64,000 bases of DNA from assembly GCA_044226625.1 (NCBI GenBank), contig JBGAGQ010000011.1:32001-96000 (forward strand), given 5' to 3'. Positions within the stretch are counted from its first letter, which is position 1, and each line of letters starts with the position of its first letter. Below, piece by piece: positions 19,313 through 30,344 of the stretch. Source of the stretch: Thermoanaerobaculia bacterium (GTDB taxonomy: Bacteria; Acidobacteriota; Thermoanaerobaculia; Multivoradales; UBA5704). The notes below the pieces were generated by a model. It had not been told where the DNA came from and did not search any database. It saw only the letters and a program-made list of their open reading frames with translations. A program made the position numbers and the translations under genes.

Positions 19313-20560
19313 ATGCGCCACCTCGACCTGCTCTCCCGACTCGCGCAGGAAAACGGCTCGAAGATCGTCCTTCTGGTGCTCGACGGCGTCGGAGACATCC
19401 GCACCGCCGAGCAGCGGCAGACGGCCCTCGAAGCAGCGAGCCTGCCGAACCTCGACGAGCTCGCCGGCCGCTCGGCGCTCGGCCGTCTGGTGCCGGTCTA
19501 TCCCGGCGTGACGCCCGGAAGCGGGCCGGGGCACCTCGGCCTGTTCGGGTATGACCCGAGCGACCCGGCGGTCGACGTCGGCCGCGGCATCCTCGAGGCG
19601 ATGGGAGAGGGCTTACCGATCGGGCCGGGCGACGTCGCCGCGCGCGGCAACTTCGCAACCGCCGATCGCGCCGGGAACCTGATCGACCGACGCGCGGGGC
19701 GCATCCCGACCGAGGAGTGCGAGAGGCTCTGCAAGGTCATCAACCAGGGGCTGGCCGCGGCTCTCGCCGCCGCGCCGATCCCCGGCCTCTCGGTCAGCGT
19801 AGCGCCGGGCGAGGGACATCGGTTCGTCCTTCATCTCCAGGGCAAGCTGGACGGCGCTCCGCTTTCCGCGGCGGTCGCCGATACCGACCCGCAGCAGCTG
19901 GGCGTTCCGCCGCTCGCGGTCCAGGCGCTTGCCACGGAAGGCGAGGCGACCGCTTCGGCCATCGCTCGGATCGTGGAGATCGTCGAACGGACGATCGTCG
20001 AAGAGCCGCGCGCGAATCGGGCCCTGCTCCGCGGATTTTCGCAGCTGCCCCACCTGCCGCAGATCCCCTCGCTCTACAAGCTCCGGGCGGGCGCGTTCGC
20101 CGGCTACCCTCTCTACCGCGGGGCGGCCAAGGCGAGCGGTATGGAGATCGTGCCGTGCGGCAAGAAGTTCGGCGAGATCGTCGCGGCGGTCCGCGCGGCG
20201 TGGGAGCGGTTCGATTTCTTCTTCCTCCACGTCAAGCAGACCGATCAAGCGGGAGAGGACGGCAATCTCGCGGCGAAGGTGCAGGTGCTCGAAGAGGTGG
20301 ACGCGCTGCTACCCGAGCTTCTGGCGCTCGGCCCCGACGTCGTCGCGGTCACCGGCGACCACTCGACTCCGGCGCCCATGAAGGCCCATAGCTGGCATCC
20401 GGTGCCGCTGCTGCTCCATTCGGCGATCTGCTCGTTCGGATTCGCCGACGATTTCTCCGAGCGCGCCTGCGCCCACGGAGAGGTTGGCACGATCCCCTCG
20501 TACCAGCTCATGTCGCTGCTGCTCGCCAACGCCGGACGACTGGCGAAATTCGGCGCGTAG
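19313..20560 (+). CDS. apgM: 2,3-bisphosphoglycerate-independent phosphoglycerate mutase (ApgM type)
   Basis: LVLDGVGD, PGSGPGHLGLFGYDP, DRRAGRI, HVKQTDQAGEDG, TGDHSTP, HSWHPVP. Confidence 0.92.
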   Translation: MRHLDLLSRLAQENGSKIVLLVLDGVGDIRTAEQRQTALEAASLPNLDELAGRSALGRLVPVYPGVTPGSGPGHLGLFGYDPSDPAVDVGRGILEAMGEGLPIGPGDVAARGNFATADRAGNLIDRRAGRIPTEECERLCKVINQGLAAALAAAPIPGLSVSVAPGEGHRFVLHLQGKLDGAPLSAAVADTDPQQLGVPPLAVQALATEGEATASAIARIVEIVERTIVEEPRANRALLRGFSQLPHLPQIPSLYKLRAGAFAGYPLYRGAAKASGMEIVPCGKKFGEIVAAVRAAWERFDFFFLHVKQTDQAGEDGNLAAKVQVLEEVDALLPELLALGPDVVAVTGDHSTPAPMKAHSWHPVPLLLHSAICSFGFADDFSERACAHGEVGTIPSYQLMSLLLANAGRLAKFGA

Positions 20561-20667
20561 ACGCTTCCGCGCTACGGCCTGGCGCGCGAGGACGGCGCGA
20601 AACTGTCTGAGCCCGAAGGGCTAGTTTTGAGCGCCGCCCAGCGCGCTCTCGCCCGGCGCGAGTGAGC

Positions 20668-21216
20668 CTAACGAAAGCCCCGCCGCAGCTCGCGCCGGAA
20701 GGTCGAGAAGGCCTCGTTGTCATGGAGCACCACGACCACGCGCTCGAGCTTCGTTCCCCCTTGCAGGTAGCGATGGACCTCGGTCAGGAGGATTCGCGCC
20801 GCCCGATCCATGGGAAAACCGAAATTGCCGGTCGAGATCGCCGGAATCGCGATCGAGCGCAGGCCTGCACGGTCCGCGAGCGCCATCGAGGAGCGGACGG
20901 CGGAGGCGAGCTTACGGTCCTCGTCTCCCTCCCCCATCTTCGGACCGACCGCATGGATCACCTGCTTGACCTTCAGGTGCCCCGGACCGGTCATTACGGC
21001 GGTCCCCACCGCGGCGTGGCCGATCCGGTTGCATTCTTCTTGGATCGACGCGCCCGCTTTCTTGAGAATCGCGCCGGCGACGCCGGTTCCGAGCTTCAGA
21101 TTCTCATTCGCGGCGTTGACGATGGCCTCGACGTCGACAGACGTGATGTCGCCCTCGATCAGGTCGAGCTGGGTGTGCTCCAGCGTAAGTGTCACCCTGT
21201 TCTCGCTCGTCGTCAC
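20668..21216 (-). CDS. Macro domain (ADP-ribose binding/processing) protein
   Basis: GDIT, AIVNAAN, GVAGAI, VIHAVGP, PAISTGNFGFP; GGAGG RBS before GTG. Confidence 0.92.
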   Translation of the reverse strand: MTTSENRVTLTLEHTQLDLIEGDITSVDVEAIVNAANENLKLGTGVAGAILKKAGASIQEECNRIGHAAVGTAVMTGPGHLKVKQVIHAVGPKMGEGDEDRKLASAVRSSMALADRAGLRSIAIPAISTGNFGFPMDRAARILLTEVHRYLQGGTKLERVVVVLHDNEAFSTFRRELRRGFR

Positions 21217-21324
21217 AGCCTGGCCTCCAGCTTTTGGAACCGCCCGCGGTGGCCAAATCATATCAAGACCGAGGAAAGACGCCGAGCGGGCGAGCGCGGA
21301 CCCCTGATGTAGACTCCCGCGGCC

Positions 21325-23241
21325 ATGTGGAAAGAGCTCAATTCCCAGCTGAAACGAGAGATGGCGCGCGCCATCTCCGCCCGTTTCGGCGTCGAACACG
21401 ATCCGGTCCTCGAAGTGCCGCCACGGCGCGACCTCGGGGACCTCGCCTTCCCCGCTCCTCTGCAGCTCGCTCGGACTCTCAAGAAGAATCCCCGAGCGAT
21501 CGCCCAGGAGCTCCAAGCCGAGCTGCGACTTCCCGAAGGAGTTGCCGAGGCGAAAATCCTTGGCGCCGGCTACCTGAACCTGTTCCTCGACCGCCCTGCG
21601 TTCGTCGGCCGTCTGCTCTCCGGTCCGGTGCTCTCGGGAGCGACACGCGGCGAGAAGGTCGTCGTCGAGCACACCAACATCAACCCGAACAAGGCGGCCC
21701 ACATCGGCCATCTGAGGAACGCCGTGCTCGGCGACGTGCTCGGTCGATGCCTACGTGCGTTGGGATTCCCGACCGAGGTGCAAAACTACATCGACGACAC
21801 GGGGGTCCAGGTAGCCGACGTGGTGGTCGGGTTCATCGATCTCCGAAAGGCGACGCTCGCCGAGGTCGAGGCGCTGCCCGAGCCGTTCGACTACCACTGC
21901 TGGGATCTCTACAGCGAGGTCGGCCGCTGGTTCGGCGAAGACCCCGCGCGGCAGGCCTTGCGCCGCGAGACCCTCCACGAGCTCGAGGCCGGGCGGGGAC
22001 CGCGGGCCGAGATGGGGCGCCTGGTCGCGCGGCGGATCGTCGGCCGGCATCTCGGGACGATGGCCCGGCTCGGCATCGGCTACGACCTGCTCACCCACGA
22101 GAGCGACATCCTCGCGCTCCACTTCTTCGACGTCGCATTCGAGCGCCTGAAGAGCTCGGGAGCCGTGCGGCGCGAGGAGGAGGGCAAGAACAAAGGCTGC
22201 TGGGTGATGCCCCTTTCCGAGAGCGACGAGTTCGCCGGTCTCGAAGACCCGGACAAGGTGATCGTCCGCTCCGACGGCACGGTGACCTACGTCGGCAAGG
22301 ACATCGCCTACCAGCTCTGGAAGTTCGGCCTCCTCGGGAAGGATTTCGACTACCGCTTCTGGTCGGAAGAGAGCCTCTGGCAGACCTGCCACGGCGACGG
22401 GACCTCCGAACATCCGGCGTTCGGGCGAGCCGACCGGGTGATCAACGTGATCGACAACCGCCAGTCCTATCTCCAGAAGATCGTGCGCGCGGGGCTCGAA
22501 GCGCTCGGCCATGGCGACGAGGCGAAGCGATCGGTCCATTTCGCCTACGAGATGGTCGCCTTGTCGCCGGCGACGGCGCGCCAGCTCGGATTCGCGGTCG
22601 AGGGAGAGGAAAAGGCGCTCGAGATGTCCGGCCGTAAAGGAATCGGCGTCAAGGCGGACGACCTGATCGACCGCCTCCAGGCGAAGAGCCGGGAGGAAAT
22701 CGCCGCTCGAAACCGGGAGCTCGACGGCGCGACGCTCGATACGTTGGCGAACCAGATCGCGATCGCGGCGCTCCGCTTCTTCATGGTCAAGGCGACCACG
22801 AACCGGGTGATCGCCTTCGACTTCGACGAGGCGCTCTCGTTCGAAGGCGAAACCGGGCCCTATCTCCAATACTCCCTGGTCCGCGCGAAGAACATTCGAC
22901 GCAAGCTCGCCGAGGCAGGACTCGCGACCGAGGTGACGCCGCAGGGCGCGGCGGCGATCCCGGCGGACGCCTACGCCGATGATCTCTGGGATCTGGCGCT
23001 CGCGACCGCCCAGGTCGAGGAATCGATCGAGCGCGGCACCTTGGGCCTGGAGCTTTCGATCGTCGCCCGGCAGGCGCTCGACCTCGCCCAGAAATTCAAC
23101 CACGCGTACCACAAGCACCCGATCCTCCAAGAGGCCGACGAGACCTTGCGCAGCGCCCGGCTCGCCGCGATCCAGGTCTACCAGAGAGGACTGGAAACGG
23201 TGGCCGAGGTGCTGGGCGTTCCGGTGCCGGAGAAGATGTAG
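21325..23241 (+). CDS. argS: Arginine--tRNA ligase
   Basis: EHTNINPNKAAHIGHLRN, MSGRKG, FEGETGPYLQY. Confidence 0.96.
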   Translation: MWKELNSQLKREMARAISARFGVEHDPVLEVPPRRDLGDLAFPAPLQLARTLKKNPRAIAQELQAELRLPEGVAEAKILGAGYLNLFLDRPAFVGRLLSGPVLSGATRGEKVVVEHTNINPNKAAHIGHLRNAVLGDVLGRCLRALGFPTEVQNYIDDTGVQVADVVVGFIDLRKATLAEVEALPEPFDYHCWDLYSEVGRWFGEDPARQALRRETLHELEAGRGPRAEMGRLVARRIVGRHLGTMARLGIGYDLLTHESDILALHFFDVAFERLKSSGAVRREEEGKNKGCWVMPLSESDEFAGLEDPDKVIVRSDGTVTYVGKDIAYQLWKFGLLGKDFDYRFWSEESLWQTCHGDGTSEHPAFGRADRVINVIDNRQSYLQKIVRAGLEALGHGDEAKRSVHFAYEMVALSPATARQLGFAVEGEEKALEMSGRKGIGVKADDLIDRLQAKSREEIAARNRELDGATLDTLANQIAIAALRFFMVKATTNRVIAFDFDEALSFEGETGPYLQYSLVRAKNIRRKLAEAGLATEVTPQGAAAIPADAYADDLWDLALATAQVEESIERGTLGLELSIVARQALDLAQKFNHAYHKHPILQEADETLRSARLAAIQVYQRGLETVAEVLGVPVPEKM

Positions 23242-23275
23242 GAGCAGTCGGGAGCCAACGGACCGAGCCCGAGAG

Positions 23276-24397
23276 ATGCCGACCTCCGTCGTACCCATCG
23301 AGCGATCGCCGATCGGGCGACTCGATTCCAATCCCTGGGATCGTCGCGCGCCCGAACGGGCGGGGCTCCCTTCGGCGTGGGCGCTCCTACCCGAGCAGCT
23401 CGCCGAGCTCGGCTGTCCGGGGGCGGCGCCCCACGCGTTCGGTCGATTGCAGCGGGTGCTCACCTGGGGCGTTACGGATCGCGGGGAGACGTCTGGGCTG
23501 TTCCTCGCCCGGGACACCCGGGCCTGGCTCGACCGGCATACCGATCTGGCGCTCCCTCGAATCGTCGACCGTTTCCCGTCGGAAGACGGGGCGACGAAGC
23601 TCGCGCTGGAGCTGTCCGATGGGCACCGGATCGAGGCGATCCACATGCCGCGGCGGCCGGACGGCCGCGTCACGTTCTGCATCTCGAGCCAGGTCGGCTG
23701 CGCCCTCGGCTGCACGTTCTGCGCGACCGGGGCGATGGGAATCGTGAGGAACCTTTCGGCCGGCGAGATCGTGGGTCAGGTGCTGGTCCTGATGCACGAG
23801 CTTGGACCGCGGCGCGGCGATCTCGCGACGCTCGTGTTCATGGGGATGGGCGAGCCGCTCCACAACCTCGACCACGTGCACCGGGCGATCCGGGTCCTCT
23901 GCCACCCGGGCGGCGCGGGTCTGTCGCCGCGACGAATCACCGTGAGCACGGCGGGGCTCGTCCCGGGCATCGAGCGGCTCGCGAAGATGAGCCCCCGCCC
24001 GCAGCTCGCGGTCTCGCTCAACGCCACGACCGACGCGAGTCGCTCGGCGACGATGCCGATCAACCGCGCCTTCAACCTCGCCCGGCTGCGCCGGGCGCTC
24101 GCCGAATGGCCCTTGGAGAAGAACGAGCGCTTCCTGTTCGAGTACGTGCTGCTCGCCGGGGAGAACGACTCCGACGAGGACGCCGATCGGCTAGCCGCTT
24201 GGCTCGGCGAGCTACGCCATCGCCACAACGTGAACCTGATTCCGATGAACGAGCACCCTCGCTCGGATTTTCGCGAGCCGGAAGGGGATCGGGTCCAGAG
24301 ATTTCTGCGCCGCCTGCGCGAGCACGGCTGTTTCGTAAGCGTGAGGAAGAGCCGCAGCCGCGACGTCCAAGGGGCGTGCGGCCAGCTGGTGAGCTGA
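23276..24397 (+). CDS. rlmN: 23S rRNA m2A2503 radical SAM methyltransferase RlmN
   Basis: CISSQVGCALGCTFCATG, MGMGEPL, ACGQL. Confidence 0.9.
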   Translation: MPTSVVPIERSPIGRLDSNPWDRRAPERAGLPSAWALLPEQLAELGCPGAAPHAFGRLQRVLTWGVTDRGETSGLFLARDTRAWLDRHTDLALPRIVDRFPSEDGATKLALELSDGHRIEAIHMPRRPDGRVTFCISSQVGCALGCTFCATGAMGIVRNLSAGEIVGQVLVLMHELGPRRGDLATLVFMGMGEPLHNLDHVHRAIRVLCHPGGAGLSPRRITVSTAGLVPGIERLAKMSPRPQLAVSLNATTDASRSATMPINRAFNLARLRRALAEWPLEKNERFLFEYVLLAGENDSDEDADRLAAWLGELRHRHNVNLIPMNEHPRSDFREPEGDRVQRFLRRLREHGCFVSVRKSRSRDVQGACGQLVS

Positions 24398-24635
24398 GGG
24401 AGGGCCCCCCTCCTAGCGGGGGGAGGGAACCCTTCGGCGGGGCGCTTTGGATGCACGGCTTCCTCCCTCGCTCGCGGGGGGAACGAGGCGGGGGCGTCCG
24501 CGGTGCGCTACTGCCTGCGCGAGCCCACCAGCCCCCCTCCTAACCTCCCCCCGCAGGCGGGGGGAGGGACCCTTCGGCAAGGCGCTCGGCGTGGCCTCCT
24601 CCCCCGCTTGCGGGGGAGGACCGAGGTGGGGGCGT
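24398..24635. repeat. Cluster of REP/BIME-like palindromic units
   Basis: CCTCCCCCCGCAGGCGGGGGGAGG and CCTCCCCCGCTTGCGGGGGAGG in alternating orientation, two degenerate copies upstream, duplicated linker ACCCTTCGGC(GG/AA)GGCGCT. Confidence 0.75.
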
Positions 24636-24645
24636 CAACTCCGGC

Positions 24646-25731
<1,086 letters not shown>

Positions 25732-25846
25732 GGGCTTCCCTTTGCTCGGCTCCGTGGGGCCGCCCGCGGCCCCGTACGACGACCCCTAGAAACGGCGACG
25801 CCGCGGCACGATCGGCCGCGGCGCGAGAGTTCCTGCCGGAGCGAAG

Positions 25847-26050
25847 CTAAGCCGCTTTGTTGTAGCGCTTCTTGAAGCGCTCGACGCGACCGGCGGTGTC
25901 GATCAGCTTCTGTTTGCCCGAGAAGAACGGGTGGCAGACGCTGCAGATCTCGAGGCGGAGCTCTTTCTTCGTCGTGTGGGTCTCGAAGGTGTTGCCGCAC
26001 GCGCAGACCGCGGTCACGAGGTTGAGCTGGGGGTGGAGGTTTTCTTTCAC
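25847..26050 (-). CDS. rpmE: 50S ribosomal protein L31 (Zn-binding form)
   Basis: VKENLHP...CACGN...CSVCHPFFSGKQK...GRVERF. Confidence 0.96.
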   Translation of the reverse strand: MKENLHPQLNLVTAVCACGNTFETHTTKKELRLEICSVCHPFFSGKQKLIDTAGRVERFKKRYNKAA

Positions 26051-26414
26051 GGGAACGTCCCCTCTCTTCTTGCTGGGCTTAGGCGCTTCGGATGGGCGCC
26101 GGGCAAACGACGAGACCGCGGACGCCGCAAGAGCCTCGTAGGATACCCGATCAGGCCATCCTGGGGCAATAACCTTGGCGGTGATCCCAAAAATTGCCAT
26201 CCCGTCTTCCCGGCCAGCCCGATCGAGCAGGGCGAAACGCCAGGGCACAGTTCCTCCCTGGTGTGTCACACTTTCGCGAAGAATTGGCACCCTGACTTTT
26301 GTCTATACGTGAGCGACCCGGAATTCGGATTTGCCTCCCACCGGCAAATCGCCAGCTTCTCGCAAAATCGACTCGGCCAGGCTCGTTGGACCGAATTTCA
26401 TAGGAGTGCACTTC

Positions 26415-28148
26415 ATGAGCATGGAGCACGATGATCAGCAGGCGCCGGAAGGCGCCGAAGTTCCCAACGTCAACCGCCGCCAGTTCCTCGGAGGCGCTGG
26501 CGCCGCGGTGATCGGTGCGAGCGCCGGAGCGCTTGCCTTCGCGCCGAAAGGCGCGGCGGCCGGTGCTGCCGCCGAGCTGGAAGGCAATGGGATCGTGACC
26601 GGTGAAGCGAACGTCGGGCGTGCCCGGGCTTCGTTCAACTACCGGGTGAAGATGGCGACCCTCCGCCGCGACGCTCCGCACCCGCAGCACCGGAGCAACG
26701 GCGACGAGGCCCGATACGCGAACCGCATCGGGAGCTATTCCAAGGGCCTTCCGCACAACGAGTTCGGCGAGGTCAGCGCCTCGGCGTACTCCGCGTTCCT
26801 GAAAGCGGTCCAGACCGGCTCGCCGCTGGACTTCGAGGCCATTCCGTCCGGCGGCCCGCGGCCGCAGACCAGCCCGCAGGCCGGTATCGCGATGGACATC
26901 CAGGGCTTGGACGCCCTCGCCGTAACGGCGCCTCCGGCGCCGAAGCTCTCGAGCGCCGAAGCGGCGGGCGAGGCGGTCGAGCTCTACTGGATGGCCCTCC
27001 TGCGCGACCTCCACACCACGGAGTACGAGGGCAATGCCGACGTCCAGGCGGCGTTGGACGACTTGAACGGATTGAGCGTCTTCAAGGGGCCGAAGGAAAA
27101 CGGCCAGGTCACCGCTCAGACCCTGTTCCGCGATCCGTTCCCGGGCTGCACCGTCGGTCCGTACTTCTCGCAGTTCATGCTCCTGCCGACGCCGTTCGGT
27201 TCCGAGTTCGTCGACCGTCGGTCGCGCGTGTTCGCCGAAGGCTCGGATCACATGACCGATTTCGACAACTGGCTGACGGTCCAGAACGGCGGCGTCAACG
27301 AAACCACCTCGTTCGACTCGGAGCGCCGCTATCTGAGGAACGGCCGCGACCAGGCCGCCTGGGTGCAGATGGACGTGCTGTTCCAGGCCTACTTCAACGC
27401 CTGCCTGATCCTCGGCACGCCGCCGAACTCGTTCGACGAGCACAGCGGAGGCATCGGCTGCCCGGTCAACCTGGGTAACCCCTACCGCCACTCCACGAAC
27501 CAGGCCGGCTTCGCAACCTTCGGTCCGCCGGCGTTCAAGGGGCTGCTCTGCGAGGTCGCGACGCGCGGCCTGAAAGCAACGTGGTACCAGAAGTGGTTCC
27601 TCCATCGCCGGCTCCGTCCCGAGGCGTTCGGCGGCTTGGTCCACTTGCAGAAAACGCAGGACCGCTATCCGGGCGTTCTCCACGACGACATCCTGAATTC
27701 GACGGCGGTGTCGGCGGCTTTCGACAAGTACGGCAGCTACCTCCACCCGATGGCATTCCCCGAAGGGTCGCCGACCCATCCGTCCTACACCGCGGGTCAC
27801 GCCACCGTGGCGGGCGCCTGCGTCACGATCCTGAAGGCTCTGTTCGACACAAGCTTCGTCATCCCGAACCCGGTGGTGGCGAGCGCCGACGGCCTGTCGC
27901 TCGAGCCGTACAGCGGTCCGGACCTCACGGTGGAGGGCGAGCTCAACAAGCTGGCCTCGAACATCGCGACGGGACGAAACGTCGCCGGCGTCCACTGGCG
28001 GTCGGACTCGATCCAGTCGATGCTGCTCGGCGAGAGGATCGCGATCGCGATCCTCGAGGACCAGCGTGCCTGCTACAACGAGAACCGGCGCGGCTTCTTC
28101 AAGGGCTTCACCTTCAACAAGTTCGACGGCAGCACTATTACCGTCTAA
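26415..28148 (+). CDS. Vanadium-dependent haloperoxidase 1, Tat-exported
   Basis: Tat motif NRRQFLG; YSKGLPH; QKWFLHRRLRP; HPSYTAGHA; RNVAGVHWRSD; AGGAG RBS. Confidence 0.92.
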   Translation: MSMEHDDQQAPEGAEVPNVNRRQFLGGAGAAVIGASAGALAFAPKGAAAGAAAELEGNGIVTGEANVGRARASFNYRVKMATLRRDAPHPQHRSNGDEARYANRIGSYSKGLPHNEFGEVSASAYSAFLKAVQTGSPLDFEAIPSGGPRPQTSPQAGIAMDIQGLDALAVTAPPAPKLSSAEAAGEAVELYWMALLRDLHTTEYEGNADVQAALDDLNGLSVFKGPKENGQVTAQTLFRDPFPGCTVGPYFSQFMLLPTPFGSEFVDRRSRVFAEGSDHMTDFDNWLTVQNGGVNETTSFDSERRYLRNGRDQAAWVQMDVLFQAYFNACLILGTPPNSFDEHSGGIGCPVNLGNPYRHSTNQAGFATFGPPAFKGLLCEVATRGLKATWYQKWFLHRRLRPEAFGGLVHLQKTQDRYPGVLHDDILNSTAVSAAFDKYGSYLHPMAFPEGSPTHPSYTAGHATVAGACVTILKALFDTSFVIPNPVVASADGLSLEPYSGPDLTVEGELNKLASNIATGRNVAGVHWRSDSIQSMLLGERIAIAILEDQRACYNENRRGFFKGFTFNKFDGSTITV

Positions 28149-28170
28149 GTCTCGCTTCACGAGCGATCGA

Positions 28171-28213
28171 AAAAGACGCGACCGACCCGGAAGGGCGGTC
28201 GCGTTTTTCGTTT
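28171..28213. terminator. Bidirectional intrinsic terminator
   Basis: AAAAGACGCGACCG-acccggaagg-GCGGTCGCGTTTTT between convergent genes. Confidence 0.75.
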
Positions 28214-28226
28214 CGGTTCGCGAACC

Positions 28227-28904
28227 TCAGCCGTTGAACTTCGGCAGCTCGTAACGGCAGCGATCGAACGAACCCGAGACGTTTCCCTCGCCTCCCTCGC
28301 CTTTGTATGCAGCCGAGAACGTGCCGGAGATCTCGTCCTTGCCTCCGGCTTCCGCAGAGGGGAAGACCGTGATCTTGGTCTTCGCGACTCCACGCGACTG
28401 GCGGATCACCTCGCCCGAGAAGTTCGCACGCACTCGGGCATCCGCGTCGTAGTCGCCCGCGCCGTGGAAATTCTCGATGCGCAAGACGAAGAACGGAGCT
28501 CCCGGCAGGTTCATGCCGACTTGGAACGTCTTGTTCGGAAACAGCGCGCAATTCGGCACCACGTCCCCTTCGAAATCCTGGCTGCCGGTCATCGCGAGAT
28601 GGCCGGTCTGGCCGGTGCCTCGGGGTTGAGCCTGCACCGGAGGAAGCTTGGCGAAGGCCGGATCCGGCGCTACGTCCGAGGTGGCGCCAGGGGAGAGAGC
28701 GGGGGCCGAATCATCTGTCTCGACCGCCGCGGTATCCGGCGCGGCGGTTTGCGAAGCGCCCGACTCCTCGTGTCCGCCGCTTTCGCTCCCGCAGCCCTCT
28801 AACCCCAGGCAAAGCGCCAGACCCAGAATTCCGATCCCCAGGACGCTCGCGCCGAACCGCCTACTCGATCGCGAGGGTTCGCCCCGCGGTGTCGCTGCAA
28901 TCAT
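28227..28904 (-). CDS. Hypothetical lipoprotein
   Basis: Hydrophobic stretch ending LEGC, acidic/Pro linker, beta-rich domain with two Cys; start uncertain. Confidence 0.65.
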   Translation of the reverse strand: MIAATPRGEPSRSSRRFGASVLGIGILGLALCLGLEGCGSESGGHEESGASQTAAPDTAAVETDDSAPALSPGATSDVAPDPAFAKLPPVQAQPRGTGQTGHLAMTGSQDFEGDVVPNCALFPNKTFQVGMNLPGAPFFVLRIENFHGAGDYDADARVRANFSGEVIRQSRGVAKTKITVFPSAEAGGKDEISGTFSAAYKGEGGEGNVSGSFDRCRYELPKFNG

Positions 28905-29052
28905 TTTTCGCTCCTTTGGTCGGTCAAACCGCGCAACCCGAACGGACTTTTCGTGCGGGTGTGGACCGCCCATTTTACGCGACGGAGCCCCCGGCGCCGG
29001 CACTCGTGGACGCGAGAATCTCTAGGGGACTTCGTGCCCTACAATCCACTGG

Positions 29053-30144
29053 ATGCGATCTTTTGAACGGCCCCTCGTCATCGACGGCCACACCGACGTC
29101 CCGACTCGCCTCTGGGAGGGGCCGGTCGACTTGTCGCTGCCGCAACGCGACCGGCAGGTCGACCTGCCGCGCCTGCGAGCGGGTGGCGTCGACGCTTTGG
29201 TCTGGGCGCTGTTCCTTCCCGCGAGCTTGGATCCCGCTTCCGGTCGCGAGCACGCGCGCCGGCTATATGAGATTTCCCTCGATCATCTCGTGCCGGGAGA
29301 GCTCGAAGGGGCGCGAAGCGCCGAGGACGTGAGGAAGAACGCCGCGCGCGGCGTCGTTTCCGTCCTGTTCGGCCTCGAAAACGGTCGGCCTTTGGCCCTT
29401 CCCGGGATGGTCGACGAGATTGCGCGCTGGGGCGTGCGCTACGTCACCCTCACCCATTTCGCCAGCCACGAATGGTGCGACGCCTCGACCGACGAGCCGC
29501 GCCATGGCGGTCTATCGCCCGCGGGGCGCGACCTCGTCCGACGGCTGAACGGAGCCGGCATCCTCCCCGACGTCTCGCACGTCTCGGATGCGGCGGTCGA
29601 GCAGGTTCTCGAGGTCTCGAAGGTCGCGCCGATCGCGAGCCACAGCTCGGCGCGTGCGCTTTGCGACCATCCGCGAAATCTTCCCGATGGATTGGTGCGC
29701 GAGATCGCAAGATGCGGCGGGGTCGTGATGGCGAACAGCTTCCCCCCGTTCGTCGACCCCCGCGCGGCCTCGGCGCTCGTCGAAATCGAATCCGACCTCG
29801 CCGAGCCGATGCGGGAGCTTTCCGCGCGCTATTTCGCCGAGCCGGGTCGCGTCGCCCGCGAGCGGGCTCGGCTCTATGCGGATCGACGTCTCCCCGAAGC
29901 GACCCTCTCTCAATACGTCGATCATTTGATCCATTTGATCGAACTGGGCGGCGAAGAGCACGTAGGGATCGGCAGCGACTTCGACGGGATCCACGAGACG
30001 CTGCGCGGCTTCGAGAATCCGTCGAAATTTCCGGATCTCGCGGATGCTCTGCTCGCCCGCGGGGTCGACAAGAGCGGCCTGCGGCTGATCCTCGGAGAGA
30101 ACTTCCTGCGCGCGCTCGCGGCGGCCGAATCCGCGGCGCTCTGA
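29053..30144 (+). CDS. Membrane dipeptidase (peptidase M19)
   Basis: IDGHTD, QVDLPRLRAGGVD, LENG, DVSHVS, ASHSSAR, GIGSDFDG. Confidence 0.92.
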   Translation: MRSFERPLVIDGHTDVPTRLWEGPVDLSLPQRDRQVDLPRLRAGGVDALVWALFLPASLDPASGREHARRLYEISLDHLVPGELEGARSAEDVRKNAARGVVSVLFGLENGRPLALPGMVDEIARWGVRYVTLTHFASHEWCDASTDEPRHGGLSPAGRDLVRRLNGAGILPDVSHVSDAAVEQVLEVSKVAPIASHSSARALCDHPRNLPDGLVREIARCGGVVMANSFPPFVDPRAASALVEIESDLAEPMRELSARYFAEPGRVARERARLYADRRLPEATLSQYVDHLIHLIELGGEEHVGIGSDFDGIHETLRGFENPSKFPDLADALLARGVDKSGLRLILGENFLRALAAAESAAL

Positions 30145-30319
30145 AACTCGTTTTCCCCCCGCCAAGCAACACCGAGCCGGCCACCAACGCCGACTTCATC
30201 GAATCGGCTCGTATCGATCACCTCGCTCACCGGGAATTCTCGATTCGCAAAGCTCTCCCATACCGCGGAGCGTGCCCGCGGCATTGAGCCAAAGCATTCG
30301 CCGATCGTCGAGCGACATT

Positions 30320-30344
30320 CGGATTAAAAGGTAATATTAATCCG
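30320..30344. promoter_or_regulatory. Putative operator CGGATTAA-N9-TTAATCCG
   Basis: Perfect 8-bp inverted repeat in an AT-rich intergenic region about 200 bp upstream of haloperoxidase 2. Confidence 0.4.

Noticed and set aside
20668-21216. Macro domain as DarG antitoxin or defence component
   Set aside because: Stand-alone short macrodomain among housekeeping genes, with no DarT or ADP-ribosyltransferase neighbour.
23276-24397. Cfr-type resistance methyltransferase or RiPP radical-SAM maturase
   Set aside because: MGMGEPL, ACGQL and the position behind argS fit housekeeping RlmN.
26284-26300. Sigma54 promoter upstream of haloperoxidase 1
   Set aside because: TTGGCAC is present but the -12 TTGC is missing at the required spacing.
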